64,000 bases of DNA from Candidatus Sericytochromatia bacterium (GCA_035285865.1 JAYKHS010000022.1:64001-128000); one strand, 5' to 3'; shown: positions 9,273 through 18,111, counted from the stretch's first letter. Notes: generated by a model from the sequence alone, not told the origin. Numbers and translations: made by a program.

Positions 9273-9886
9273 GTGAAGATCTTCCGATTCAAGGCGTCGT
9301 GCGACAGCGTCAGGCGTACCGTGCATGTATCGGTGTTCCGCTCGATCTCAAGCCGACCACCCGCCTCCCGGCAGAAACTGTCGACCAGCATCAGGCCAAG
9401 GCCGTGGCCTTGGGAGCGTCCGGGGCCCATGGAGTTCTCCACCACCCACATCCTGCCCTCCGGCACCACGGCATGCCGAACAGCCACCGTCCCGTCCTGT
9501 CCTGCTGCCGTCCGGGCATTGGCAGCCAGGTTCACGATGGCCCGGAGCTCTGCCACTGCAAGGTCCGGACACGCGTCGAGGGCCAGATGCTCGTCCACAC
9601 ACCACGTCGTGAGCAGTCGTCGCGTCCGGGTGGCAGACCAGAGGCGGGGGCCGCTCGGGCCGAGTCCGGCGAAGGCGAGCAGGTCGGCGGTCATCGCCTC
9701 GCCTATGGATACGGCTTCCGTTACCGATTCGCGTAATCGCGCTGCCGGGGCCGTATCCTCGGTGTCGGCCAACCTGTCGAGAATGCCCTGAAACACCTGC
9801 CGGAGGTCGTGCGCGACGCCCACGACCGCGCGGCCGAGGGACAGGGCCGCATCATCGGGGATCGGGACCGGGGGGTGGGGACGCAC
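9269..9886 (-). CDS. Minimal, sensor-less histidine kinase-like protein
   Basis: H-box VAHDLRQVFQGI, N-box IVNLAANA, G2 GHGLGL; only 205 aa. Confidence 0.65.
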   Translation of the reverse strand: MRPHPPVPIPDDAALSLGRAVVGVAHDLRQVFQGILDRLADTEDTAPAARLRESVTEAVSIGEAMTADLLAFAGLGPSGPRLWSATRTRRLLTTWCVDEHLALDACPDLAVAELRAIVNLAANARTAAGQDGTVAVRHAVVPEGRMWVVENSMGPGRSQGHGLGLMLVDSFCREAGGRLEIERNTDTCTVRLTLSHDALNRKIFT

Positions 9887-9921
9887 GAGATCATGTTACC
9901 CCACCCCCCGCCTTGCGCCCG

Positions 9922-10395
9922 TCAGGCCGCGATGGGGATGCTGCGGCCGCGTGGACGACTGCCGGCCTTGTGGGGCATGCGGATGGTCAGCAGTCCGTTG
10001 CGCAACTGTGCGGACGTGTGTTCGGGATCGATGGCGCAAGGCAAGGCGAGTTGGCGATGGAATTTTCCGGCCGTGCGCTCGTGCACCATCGTTTCGCCTT
10101 CGATGGTGCGCTCCTCTGCCTGCGTACCGGAGATGGATATGCCTTCCTCGTGAGCCTCGATGGTCAGATTGCTGGCCTCCATGCCGGGCAGGTCAAGCAC
10201 CAGGACCGTTTCATCCTCTCCCACCGTAAGGTCGCAGGCCGGCGTGGCCATCCACGGGATGCCGCCTTCGGCGGTTCGCGTCGTCACGGTCGGCAGAAAG
10301 GTCGTGAACAGGCGTTCCGTGTCCCGCACCATCCGGTTCATCTGCTGCCGGAAGCCTTCCAGCTCGGTCTGGGGAAACCAGGGTCGCAGTGCCAT
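9922..10395 (-). CDS. Hsp20/alpha-crystallin small heat shock protein
   Basis: LDLPGM, HERTAGKFHRQLALP, AQLRNGLLTIRMP, C-terminal IPI; GGAGGAG RBS before ATG 10395. Confidence 0.92.
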   Translation of the reverse strand: MALRPWFPQTELEGFRQQMNRMVRDTERLFTTFLPTVTTRTAEGGIPWMATPACDLTVGEDETVLVLDLPGMEASNLTIEAHEEGISISGTQAEERTIEGETMVHERTAGKFHRQLALPCAIDPEHTSAQLRNGLLTIRMPHKAGSRPRGRSIPIAA

Positions 10396-10486
10396 GGGCC
10401 TTCTCCTCCACAGGTTCGGTCCGGTACGGGCTGAACGTTGCCCCATCCCGCCGCCGGCGACAAGGAGTGACTGCTTCCATAACGCC

Positions 10487-10513
10487 TCAACGCGGGGTGA
10501 CCCGTGCCGAAGT
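10487..10513 (+). promoter_or_regulatory. sigma28 (FliA) promoter of flagellin 1
   Basis: TCAA-N15-GCCGAAGT versus consensus TAAA-N15-GCCGATAA. Confidence 0.7.
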
Positions 10514-10554
10514 GTTTCCTACGGCAAGTTCCCTCGTGGACCGAGCCGGAAGCC

Positions 10555-10598
10555 AAGGGGTCGCACGGATGTGACCCTTCCCAACGTCCAAGGAGGAC
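10555..10598 (+). promoter_or_regulatory. Two CsrA-type GGA-loop hairpins in flagellin 1 leader
   Basis: gggtcgcA-CGGA-Tgtgaccc stem-loop, and gtcc-AAGGA-ggac over the SD. Confidence 0.6.
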
Positions 10599-10606
10599 AT
10601 CCCGTC

Positions 10607-11434
10607 ATGGGACTTCGGATCAATACCAACATCACGGCGCTCAACTCGCATCGCGTGCTGACCGCCAATGACAATGCCCTCGGCAAGAGCCTCGTCCGGC
10701 TGTCCAGCGGTCTGCGGATCAATACCGCTTCCGATGACGCCGCCGGCCTCGCGATTGCCGAGAAGTTCCGGGCACAGGTCAACGGCCTGTCGATGGCCAT
10801 GCAGAACAGCCAGGATGCCATCAACCTGCTGCAGACGGCCGAAGGCGCCCTGAACGAGACCGAGGCGATCCTGCAGCGGATGCGCGAGCTTTCGGTGCAG
10901 GCGGCGAACGACACCCTCACCGACGACGATCGGACGGCCATCCAGGCGGAAATCGACCAGCTTACGGACGAGATCGACGGCATTTCCAACCGGACCCAGT
11001 ACAACAACCGTGTCCTGCTCGACGGATCCATCGCGACCCTGACCTTCCAGATCGGGGCCAACGAGGGTCAGACGCTGTCACTGGCCATTTCGGCGATGGG
11101 TTCCGGGGACATCAACGTGACGACGACCGACATGACCGTCGGTTCGCAGGAGGCAGCTTCCGCAGCCATCGGCGCACTGGATGATGCCATCCAGGCGGTC
11201 TCGGACGAGCGGGCATCCTTGGGTGCCTACATCAACCGACTGCAGCACACCATCAACAACCTGGGCGTGCAGCGCGAGAACATGTCGTCCAGCGAGAGCC
11301 GCATCCGCGACCTCGACATGGCGGCTGAAGTGTCGGTGATGACCCGTAACCAGATCCTGACGCAGTCCAGCCAGGCCATGCTGGCTCAGGCCAATGCCGT
11401 CCCGCAGGGCGTGCTCAGCCTGCTCCGGGGCTAA
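10607..11434 (+). CDS. fliC: Flagellin 1 (275 aa, D0/D1 only)
   Basis: MGLRINTNITALN, LSSGLRINTASDDAAGLAI, SESRIRDLDMAAE, MLAQAN; AGGAGG RBS. Confidence 0.96.
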   Translation: MGLRINTNITALNSHRVLTANDNALGKSLVRLSSGLRINTASDDAAGLAIAEKFRAQVNGLSMAMQNSQDAINLLQTAEGALNETEAILQRMRELSVQAANDTLTDDDRTAIQAEIDQLTDEIDGISNRTQYNNRVLLDGSIATLTFQIGANEGQTLSLAISAMGSGDINVTTTDMTVGSQEAASAAIGALDDAIQAVSDERASLGAYINRLQHTINNLGVQRENMSSSESRIRDLDMAAEVSVMTRNQILTQSSQAMLAQANAVPQGVLSLLRG

Positions 11435-11449
11435 GTCGGGGGGTGATCG

Positions 11450-11478
11450 GGGCCCGGGGGGTATTTCCTCCCGGGCCC
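11450..11478 (+). terminator. GC-rich hairpin after flagellin 1
   Basis: gggcccgggggg-tattt-cctcccgggccc; no U-tract. Confidence 0.5.
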
Positions 11479-11484
11479 GCCGCC

Positions 11485-11511
11485 TAAAGGTTTTCCGGAA
11501 TCTTCCGAAGT
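11485..11511 (+). promoter_or_regulatory. sigma28 promoter of flagellin 2
   Basis: TAAA-N15-TCCGAAGT. Confidence 0.7.
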
Positions 11512-11607
11512 GACCATCAAGGTCGACTGAAGTTGGCCAGACGTCAAAGCGGACCTGCCCCGAGGCAGGTACATGGACGGTACCGCGCAAGCCAGGAGGA
11601 CGGCGGC

Positions 11608-12435
11608 ATGGGACTTCGGATCAACACCAACCTGACGGCACTCAATGCGCATCGCGTGCTGAGCGCCAATGACAACGCCCTTGGCAAGAGTTTGGTACGT
11701 CTGTCGAGCGGCCTTCGGATCAATGCGGCCTCGGACGATGCTGCAGGTCTCGCGATCGCCGAGAAGTTCAAGGCCCAGGTCAACGGTTTGTCCATGGCCA
11801 TCCAGAACTCCGAGGATGCCATCAATCTGCTGCAGACGGCGGAAGGTGCCCTGAGCGAGACCGAGGCCATCCTCCAGCGGATGCGCGAACTGTCGGTCCA
11901 GGCGGCCAACGACACGCTTCAGGACGCTGACAGGGAGGCCATCCAAGCCGAGATTGACCAGTTGGTCGACGAGATCGATGGCATTGCCGGCAGGACCCAG
12001 TACAACAGCCGCGGTCTGCTCGATGGATCGATAACGACGCTGACCTTCCAGATTGGGGCCAATGAGGGCCAGACGTTGACAGTCGGGATCAATGCCATGG
12101 ATGCTGCAGGCATTGCGGTACAGTCCAGTGACTTGTCCGTAGGCAACCAGGAGTCGGCCTCTGCAGCCATCGGTGCGCTGGACCTTGCCATCGAGGTTGT
12201 TTCGGATGAGCGGGCAAAACTTGGCGCGGTCATCAATCGTCTCGACCACACCATCAATAATCTCAATGTTCAGCGCGAGAACATGGCCTCCAGCGAGAGC
12301 CGCATCCGCGACCTCGATATGGCGGCAGAGGTTTCGGTCATGACGCGCAACCAGATCCTGTCGCAGTCAAGCCAGGCCATGTTGGCACAGGCCAATGCCG
12401 TCCCGCAGGGCGTGCTGCAACTGCTCAGGGGATAG
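11608..12435 (+). CDS. fliC: Flagellin 2 (275 aa)
   Basis: Same conserved flagellin termini; AGGAGG RBS before ATG 11608. Confidence 0.96.
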   Translation: MGLRINTNLTALNAHRVLSANDNALGKSLVRLSSGLRINAASDDAAGLAIAEKFKAQVNGLSMAIQNSEDAINLLQTAEGALSETEAILQRMRELSVQAANDTLQDADREAIQAEIDQLVDEIDGIAGRTQYNSRGLLDGSITTLTFQIGANEGQTLTVGINAMDAAGIAVQSSDLSVGNQESASAAIGALDLAIEVVSDERAKLGAVINRLDHTINNLNVQRENMASSESRIRDLDMAAEVSVMTRNQILSQSSQAMLAQANAVPQGVLQLLRG

Positions 12436-12456
12436 CTTCGGTTTCCGCGATTCCGA

Positions 12457-12484
12457 CGCCCGGGTGGCCTGATCCACCCGGGCG
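12457..12484 (+). terminator. Hairpin after flagellin 2
   Basis: 11-bp perfect stem cgcccgggtgg/ccacccgggcg. Confidence 0.55.
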
Positions 12485-12491
12485 CTTCGCC

Positions 12492-12518
12492 TCAAGGGTG
12501 GCTTGATTCTGCCGATGA
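12492..12518 (+). promoter_or_regulatory. sigma28 promoter of flagellin 3
   Basis: TCAA-N15-GCCGATGA. Confidence 0.75.
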
Positions 12519-12543
12519 CCATGATCGCAAGGATGACTCGACC

Positions 12544-13371
12544 ATGTCATTGAAAATAGGCGGTCAAGATTTTTCGGGCCCGATTTCGGCATTGGGTCGC
12601 CTGAGTCGCGGTGTCGACCGCAGCGTGGCGCGCCTCGCCGACGGGCTGCGGATTCGTGGTGCTGCCGACGATGTGGCGGGCCTTCAGATCGCCGAGAGTT
12701 TTCGAGCTCAGGTTCGGGGATTGGCTCAGGCCACGGCCAATGCTCAAGACGCCATCAATCTCGTCCAGACTTTGGACGGTGCTCTGGGGGAGACCATGGC
12801 CATCGTCCAGCGCATGCGCGAGTTGGTGGTCTTGGCTGCCAATGACACGATGACTGGTGTCGACCGTGCCGTGGTCAAGAGCGAGCTCGATCAGCTCTCG
12901 CTCGAGGTCGACGGTGTCGCCGAACGAACCGAGTACAACTCGCGCCAGTTGCTGCTGGGGTTCGCCATGGATGCCCCCCTGACCTTCCAGATTGGCGCGT
13001 CGGAGGGACAGATTCTCGCACTGACCGTGTCCGACATGCGTGCCTACGCGCTCTATGTCGCCACGACCGACCTGACGGTCTCCAGCCACGCGTGGGCCAC
13101 GGAGACGCTCTGGTCGCTCGACAACTCGATGCTGCTGGTCAACAGGGAACGCGCGCGTCTGGGGGCTGTGGTCAACAGGCTCGAGCACACCATTGCCAAC
13201 CTGTCGGTGCAACGGGAAAACATGGCTTCCAGCGAGAGCCGTATCCGTGATGTGGATGTTGCCGAGGAAACCTCGCGCCTGACGCGTTTCCAGATCGTGA
13301 CGCAATCGAGCCAGGCCATGTTGGCACAGGCTCAGCAAGTGGCGAAGGGCATCGTCGGGCTTCTGACATAG
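12544..13371 (+). CDS. Flagellin 3 (divergent paralog, 275 aa)
   Basis: LADGLRIRGAADDVAGLQIAE, NRLEHTIANL, SESRIRDVDVAEE; N-terminal D0 divergent. Confidence 0.92.
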   Translation: MSLKIGGQDFSGPISALGRLSRGVDRSVARLADGLRIRGAADDVAGLQIAESFRAQVRGLAQATANAQDAINLVQTLDGALGETMAIVQRMRELVVLAANDTMTGVDRAVVKSELDQLSLEVDGVAERTEYNSRQLLLGFAMDAPLTFQIGASEGQILALTVSDMRAYALYVATTDLTVSSHAWATETLWSLDNSMLLVNRERARLGAVVNRLEHTIANLSVQRENMASSESRIRDVDVAEETSRLTRFQIVTQSSQAMLAQAQQVAKGIVGLLT

Positions 13372-13414
13372 GCAGTTTCTGCTGCATTATGTAGGCGAGG
13401 AGGCTCAAGGGGAT

Positions 13415-13465
13415 CGACATAACTTGCCCCATGTTTGACATAAGCACGCCTGGGCGCGACATAAC
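13415..13465 (+). repeat. Three phased direct repeats YGACATAAS, 21-bp period
   Basis: GACATAA starts at 13416, 13437 and 13458. Confidence 0.75.
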
Positions 13466-13510
13466 TGCCGCCAATCGGGTGAGTTCGGAAAATCTTGAGG
13501 GTTCACCCCC

Positions 13511-13538
13511 TTGATTCTCGAAAATCTTTTGCTACTGT
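13511..13538 (+). promoter_or_regulatory. Putative sigma70-type promoter of flagellin 4
   Basis: TTGATT-N16-TACTGT with TGn extension. Confidence 0.4.
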
Positions 13539-13617
13539 GACTGTGGAACGAGGCGTTCCGTCTCGGAGATGGCCAGGAGGGCCTTCCTCGAACGGTGTTG
13601 AAGCGGTTCGCTCCAAG

Positions 13618-13660
13618 CGTCGGGCACGGATGTCCGACGATGACATTCACGGAGGAATTC
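13618..13660 (+). promoter_or_regulatory. CsrA-type sites in flagellin 4 leader
   Basis: 9-bp stem cgtcgggca-CGGA-tgtccgacg, plus ACGGAGGA at the SD. Confidence 0.62.
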
Positions 13661-13664
13661 GAAC

Positions 13665-14489
13665 GTGGGTCTCAGGATCAACACGAACATTACGGCGCTC
13701 AATGCCCACAGGACGCTGAGCGCCAACGACGCCACGCTCTCCAAGAGCCTGGGGCGTCTGTCCAGCGGTCTGCGCATCAACTCGGCTTCTGACGACGCGG
13801 CCGGCTTGGCCATTGCCGAGAAGTTCAAGGCTCAGGTCAAGGGTCTCGGGCAGGCGGCTGCCAACGCGCAGGACGCCATCAACCTGCTGCAGACGGCAGA
13901 AGGTGCACTCAACGAGACGCAGGCCATCCTGCAGCGCATGCGTGAACTGGCCGTGCAGGCCTCGAACGACACGCTGACGGATGACGATCGGGCGGCCATC
14001 CAGGCTGAGGTCGACCAGCTGACGGAAGAGATCGACGGCATCGCCGATCGGACCCAGTACAACAGCAAGCAGCTGCTTGATGGGTCCGTGACCACCCTCA
14101 CGTTCCAGATCGGTGCCAACGAGGACCAGACGCTCACCCTCTCCATCTCCTCGATGGGGTCCGGCGATATCAACGTCCAGACCTCCGACCTGTCCGTAGG
14201 TAGCCAGACCACTGCTGCGGCAGCCATCGGTGCTTTGGACGACGCCCTGACCGCCGTTTCCGAGGAGCGTGGGTCGCTGGGTGCCTACATCAACCGTCTC
14301 GAGCACACGATCGCCAACCTGAACGTTCAGCGCGAGAACATGGCTTCCAGCGAGAGCCGCATCCGCGACCTCGACATGGCGGCCGAGGTGTCCAACCTGT
14401 CCCGTGCCCAGATCCTGGCCCAGTCCAGCCAGGCCATGCTCGCCCAGGCGAACGCGGCGCCTCAGGGAGTCCTCTCCCTGCTGCGTTAG
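13665..14489 (+). CDS. fliC: Flagellin 4 (274 aa)
   Basis: GTG start with GGAGG RBS; conserved flagellin termini. Confidence 0.96.
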   Translation: MGLRINTNITALNAHRTLSANDATLSKSLGRLSSGLRINSASDDAAGLAIAEKFKAQVKGLGQAAANAQDAINLLQTAEGALNETQAILQRMRELAVQASNDTLTDDDRAAIQAEVDQLTEEIDGIADRTQYNSKQLLDGSVTTLTFQIGANEDQTLTLSISSMGSGDINVQTSDLSVGSQTTAAAAIGALDDALTAVSEERGSLGAYINRLEHTIANLNVQRENMASSESRIRDLDMAAEVSNLSRAQILAQSSQAMLAQANAAPQGVLSLLR

Positions 14490-14505
14490 GACCCAGCAAG
14501 GCCGG

Positions 14506-14535
14506 CAGGGTCGGACGGGCAACCGTCCGGCCCTG
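14506..14535. terminator. Probable bidirectional terminator between flagellin 4 and addA
   Basis: 13-bp stem cagggtcggacgg-GCAA-ccgtccggccctg between convergent genes. Confidence 0.65.
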
Positions 14536-14544
14536 TCCGACTTT

Positions 14545-17500
14545 TCAGGGGTCCAGCGTCACGATCCTGCCGTGGGCCATGAAAACCAGGTGTGCCCCCC
14601 GGAGGGGCTTTCCGAACAGCAGGGTGGCGGCCGTCGCGTAGACCGACACCTGGGTGCGATGTTCGACGACGAGATCCTCCAGCCTGCGCCTGCCTGGCGC
14701 ATCGGTCTTGTAATCCCAGACCTCTATGCCGTCGGTCGTCTCGAGGACGGCATCGATGATGCCCTGGACAAGGGGGGCTTCCTCGCCTGTCGGGACCAGG
14801 CCCAGTCTGTCTGCCGTCAACGCGAAGGGAACCTCGCGATGCAGGATGCCGCCACTCAGGCGCGCCTTCACGGCAAGGGGGGACTGAAGCCACCAGACCA
14901 GCCAGCCTGCCTGAAGATGCGCTGCCGCGGCCGGGGTCAGCTGGGTTCGGCCAGCGAGTTCCGCGATGGTGTTCCGGATGTGCTCCTCGTCGGCCGGACT
15001 GTCGAGCGCCACGTGTTGCAGCACCATGTGGAGGGCCTGACCCAGTTCCGCGGCGTCCGGTACCCGGTGCTGGCCCTGCATGAAGAGTGGCCGCAGCGGC
15101 TCGGGTCGATGGGGCCGCGCGAGGACAGAGGCTTCGTGGAGCGCCGTCACCTTCTGCTTGGCTGGCATCCTCGTGGCTGCAAGCCATGGGTAGTTCTCCT
15201 CAGGCGCGGTTTCGGAGGCTTCGCTAGCCTCGGGTCGGACCTCGGGGTCGGCTGTCGCCGTGGCTGCGACATGGAGGTAGCGGAAGGCCCACGCTCCGGG
15301 CGCGCAGGTCGGCATGGCGAGCAGATGGCCGCTGGTTTCAGCCTCGAGGTCCCAGTGCAGGTGCAGCGTGGCCGCGGCTTCCTGCCGCAACAGGAAGGGC
15401 GCCACCATGGCCTGCCACGAAGGGCAACGCAAGGCCTGCTGCAGGGTCAGGCGCCGAATGCCGGCCCGCGCCATCGCCGTGGCCTGCTCCAGGATAGAAG
15501 CTGCAGGCACTGGGGCGATGAGGAACAACGACTCCATGGCGCGCGTCATCGCGACGTAGAGGACTCTGACCTCTTCGGCCAGCGCATCCTTGCGGGTTTC
15601 GCGCGCCACGGCAAGCCGGGCGGGTGTCTCCATCTGGCTGCCGTCGAGGGCATCGCGATAGCGCGTCGCGATGCCGGCGTGCCGGTGGATCTGGAAAGAT
15701 GCCTGGCTGTCCCGGGTCGGGAACGCGCGATCCAGACCGGGTACGAGCACGACCGGGAACTGCAGGCCCTTGGAGGCATGAATGGTCATGACCCGGACGA
15801 CCGCCGTCTGTTCCTCGCCCATCACCGGGCGATCCACACGGCTCTGTTCCGCCTCCATCTCGTCGAGGATGGTCAGGAACTGGTGCAGCCCTCGGGAAGT
15901 GCCGTGCCCGGCAACACGGGCACGGTGAAGCAGGACCTCGAGGTTGGCGGGTGCCGAGGAGGTCGGGCCTTCGTGGGCAACCGCCGCCAGCACCGCGGGG
16001 TCGTCCAGCAGTTGTGCGACGAGGTCGGCTGCCGCCAGCCGGCGACTGGCCCTGCGCCAGGGCTCAAGCCATGCCAGGAGCGCCCGTACCTTCTCGTGTG
16101 CAGCGTCGTCTTGTCCCGATGCATCGAGGATCGCGTGGTGGAAGGGGCCGTCGGGACGGGCCAGGCGCAGGTCGGCCAGATCCTGGTCGGACAATCGGCC
16201 CAGGGTGCTGCGGGCGATTCGCAACAGGGGTCGGTCGTGCCTGGGATTGTCGAGGACGTGGAGCAGGTCCCTGACGAAGGAAATCTCGGGCGTCTCGAAC
16301 CATCCCGCCCGCAGGTTGCCCATCGAGGGAATGCCCGCCGCCGCAAGCGCCTGTCGCACCACCTCGATCTGTGCTCCGTCCCGGACCAGAACGGCGAAGT
16401 CGCCCGGATGAACCGGGCGAAAGGCTTCTTTCTCCCAGATGCGGGATGCGTCGCCATCGCCATCGAGCAGGCCCCGGATGACCTGGGCGCAGGCCTGCGC
16501 CTGAGCCTCTCCCGAACCCACGCCATCGGCCGCTGCAACCGTCACCCATGTGACGCGGGGTTCGCTGGCTTCAGGGTAACTGGCGCCAGCGAGCAGACTT
16601 TCGCGTTCGTCATAATCGAGCCCGCCAGTCGAGCGGTCGAACAGGTGGCCGAACAAGCCGTTGCACGCCTCCAGCAGCGGGGCCCTGCTGCGGAAGTTGT
16701 GGGGCAGGTCGATGCGGCGTGCACCCTCCGGCCCTTCGCGATCCGCGGCCTCGAGGCGACTGAGGAAGAGCGTCGGATCGGCCATGCGGAAACCGTAGAT
16801 GGCCTGCTTCACGTCGCCGACGAGGAAGGCGGAAGGTCGCTTCGGGCCCGAGGCCAGCAGTCCGTCCAACAGGGCCTCCTGGATTGGGTTGGTGTCCTGG
16901 ACCTCGTCGACCAGAATCTGGTCGAACCTGTTGCGCAGCGCCTCTCGTGCCTCCCCGCCCCCCGGGCGTTCGGGGTTCATGATGGCCAAGGCCAGGTGCT
17001 CGAGATCTCCGAAGTCCATCACGCCGGCTTCGCGTTTGCGTGCGGCGTGGTGCCGCAGCAGCGCGCCCAGGAGTCGGATGAATCCGCGAGTCTGGGGGGC
17101 TGAGGCTGCCTGGGCCCATGCGCCGATCCCGGCCCTTTCCGGATCGGCCAGCATGTCCTCACGCATGGCCTTGGTCAACTTTCTCAGGCGATCACGGCGA
17201 TTGCCCCACGGTTCCCACGACTCCTTGTCGTCGTTCTTGCCCACGGGCGGGGCCGAGGGCAGGCGCAGGGACTCGGCCACCTGCTGCAGACCCGCGTGGT
17301 CAGGCCCCTCGCAGCCCGCGAGGGCTCTTGCTGCTTCGAGGAGACGTTCGGCGACCGCGAATCCGTGGGCTGTCTGTTTCGGGAACTTGCCCGTGCTCTC
17401 GAGGTCCTGTGCCCACTGGCGCCACGCCGCCGAAGTGGCCTCGACCCGGGTCTGCAGGTCTACCGCCAGGATGCGCCACCATCGGCGGCACGAATCACTC

Positions 17501-18111
17501 CCTCGGGGGCCGTCTCCGTGGGCGTCTGCTGCAGCGGCGAGCCACGCTTCGGGATCCGGCAGGCTGAGCAGGCGCGTCAGGCCTGCGGCAAGGGCCGCCC
17601 GCAGGAGACGATCCCCATCGGCTGCCGAAGCCTCGAGACACGCACGGATGTCCGGGTCCTCATCTGGCAAGGCGCGCTCGAGCGTTTCGTCGATGGCCTT
17701 CGACAGGAAGAGGCTGGCTTCGCCTTCGTCCAGCAGGCGGGTGTCGGGCGCGACGTCGACGGCGAGGCCCCAGCGCCGCACGATGCGCTGACAGAATGCG
17801 TGCAGAGTCGACATCCAGGCCCGCTCGAGGCGCTGTCGTTGGTCCCGGACAAGCGCATCCTCGGGATGTGCGGCCGCCCGTTCCGCGAGGGCCTTGTCCA
17901 AGCGGTGGCGCATCTCGCGGGCGGCCGCATCGGTGAAGGTGACGACCAGCAGGCGATCCAGATACAGGGGACGAGCCGGATTGCATGCCGCCTCGAGGAT
18001 GCGCGCGACGAGCACGGCCGTCTTGCCGGCGCCGGCACCGGCCGAAACGAGGACGGACGGTTCGTCAGCTCGAATCGCCAGGGCCTGTTGCGGGGTCCAG
18101 TCAGTCGCCAA
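14545..18111 (-). CDS. addA: ATP-dependent helicase/nuclease subunit A
   Basis: WTPQQALAI, SAGAGAGKT, LVDEVQDTN, VGDVKQAIYGFR, MTIHASKGLQF, LYVAMTRA, nuclease GIID..WDYKT. TTG start inferred at 18111. Confidence 0.93.
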   Translation of the reverse strand: MATDWTPQQALAIRADEPSVLVSAGAGAGKTAVLVARILEAACNPARPLYLDRLLVVTFTDAAAREMRHRLDKALAERAAAHPEDALVRDQRQRLERAWMSTLHAFCQRIVRRWGLAVDVAPDTRLLDEGEASLFLSKAIDETLERALPDEDPDIRACLEASAADGDRLLRAALAAGLTRLLSLPDPEAWLAAAADAHGDGPRGSDSCRRWWRILAVDLQTRVEATSAAWRQWAQDLESTGKFPKQTAHGFAVAERLLEAARALAGCEGPDHAGLQQVAESLRLPSAPPVGKNDDKESWEPWGNRRDRLRKLTKAMREDMLADPERAGIGAWAQAASAPQTRGFIRLLGALLRHHAARKREAGVMDFGDLEHLALAIMNPERPGGGEAREALRNRFDQILVDEVQDTNPIQEALLDGLLASGPKRPSAFLVGDVKQAIYGFRMADPTLFLSRLEAADREGPEGARRIDLPHNFRSRAPLLEACNGLFGHLFDRSTGGLDYDERESLLAGASYPEASEPRVTWVTVAAADGVGSGEAQAQACAQVIRGLLDGDGDASRIWEKEAFRPVHPGDFAVLVRDGAQIEVVRQALAAAGIPSMGNLRAGWFETPEISFVRDLLHVLDNPRHDRPLLRIARSTLGRLSDQDLADLRLARPDGPFHHAILDASGQDDAAHEKVRALLAWLEPWRRASRRLAAADLVAQLLDDPAVLAAVAHEGPTSSAPANLEVLLHRARVAGHGTSRGLHQFLTILDEMEAEQSRVDRPVMGEEQTAVVRVMTIHASKGLQFPVVLVPGLDRAFPTRDSQASFQIHRHAGIATRYRDALDGSQMETPARLAVARETRKDALAEEVRVLYVAMTRAMESLFLIAPVPAASILEQATAMARAGIRRLTLQQALRCPSWQAMVAPFLLRQEAAATLHLHWDLEAETSGHLLAMPTCAPGAWAFRYLHVAATATADPEVRPEASEASETAPEENYPWLAATRMPAKQKVTALHEASVLARPHRPEPLRPLFMQGQHRVPDAAELGQALHMVLQHVALDSPADEEHIRNTIAELAGRTQLTPAAAAHLQAGWLVWWLQSPLAVKARLSGGILHREVPFALTADRLGLVPTGEEAPLVQGIIDAVLETTDGIEVWDYKTDAPGRRRLEDLVVEHRTQVSVYATAATLLFGKPLRGAHLVFMAHGRIVTLDP

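Noticed and set aside
10396..10486. CIRCE/HrcA operator upstream of hsp20
   Set aside because: Only a partial half-site (GAGTGAC); no inverted repeat with a 9-bp spacer.
10520..10585. Possible c-di-GMP-I riboswitch in the flagellin 1 leader (GGCAA...AAGCC)
   Set aside because: Lacks the GNRA tetraloop/receptor and P1 pairing; better explained by CsrA-type hairpins. An Infernal search would settle it.
10160..10606. 149-aa N-terminal extension of flagellin 1 in the ORF track
   Set aside because: It overlaps hsp20 and the promoter; the sigma28 promoter, SD and paralog alignment place the start at 10607.
13415..13465. GACATAA repeats as a mini-CRISPR or iteron array
   Set aside because: Repeats are only 7-9 bp with 12-14 bp spacers, and there are no cas or rep genes.
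13613..13640. Weak sigma28-like CCAA-N16-TCCGACGA before flagellin 4
   Set aside because: Wrong spacing and poor -35; the sequence is an arm of the GGA-loop hairpin.
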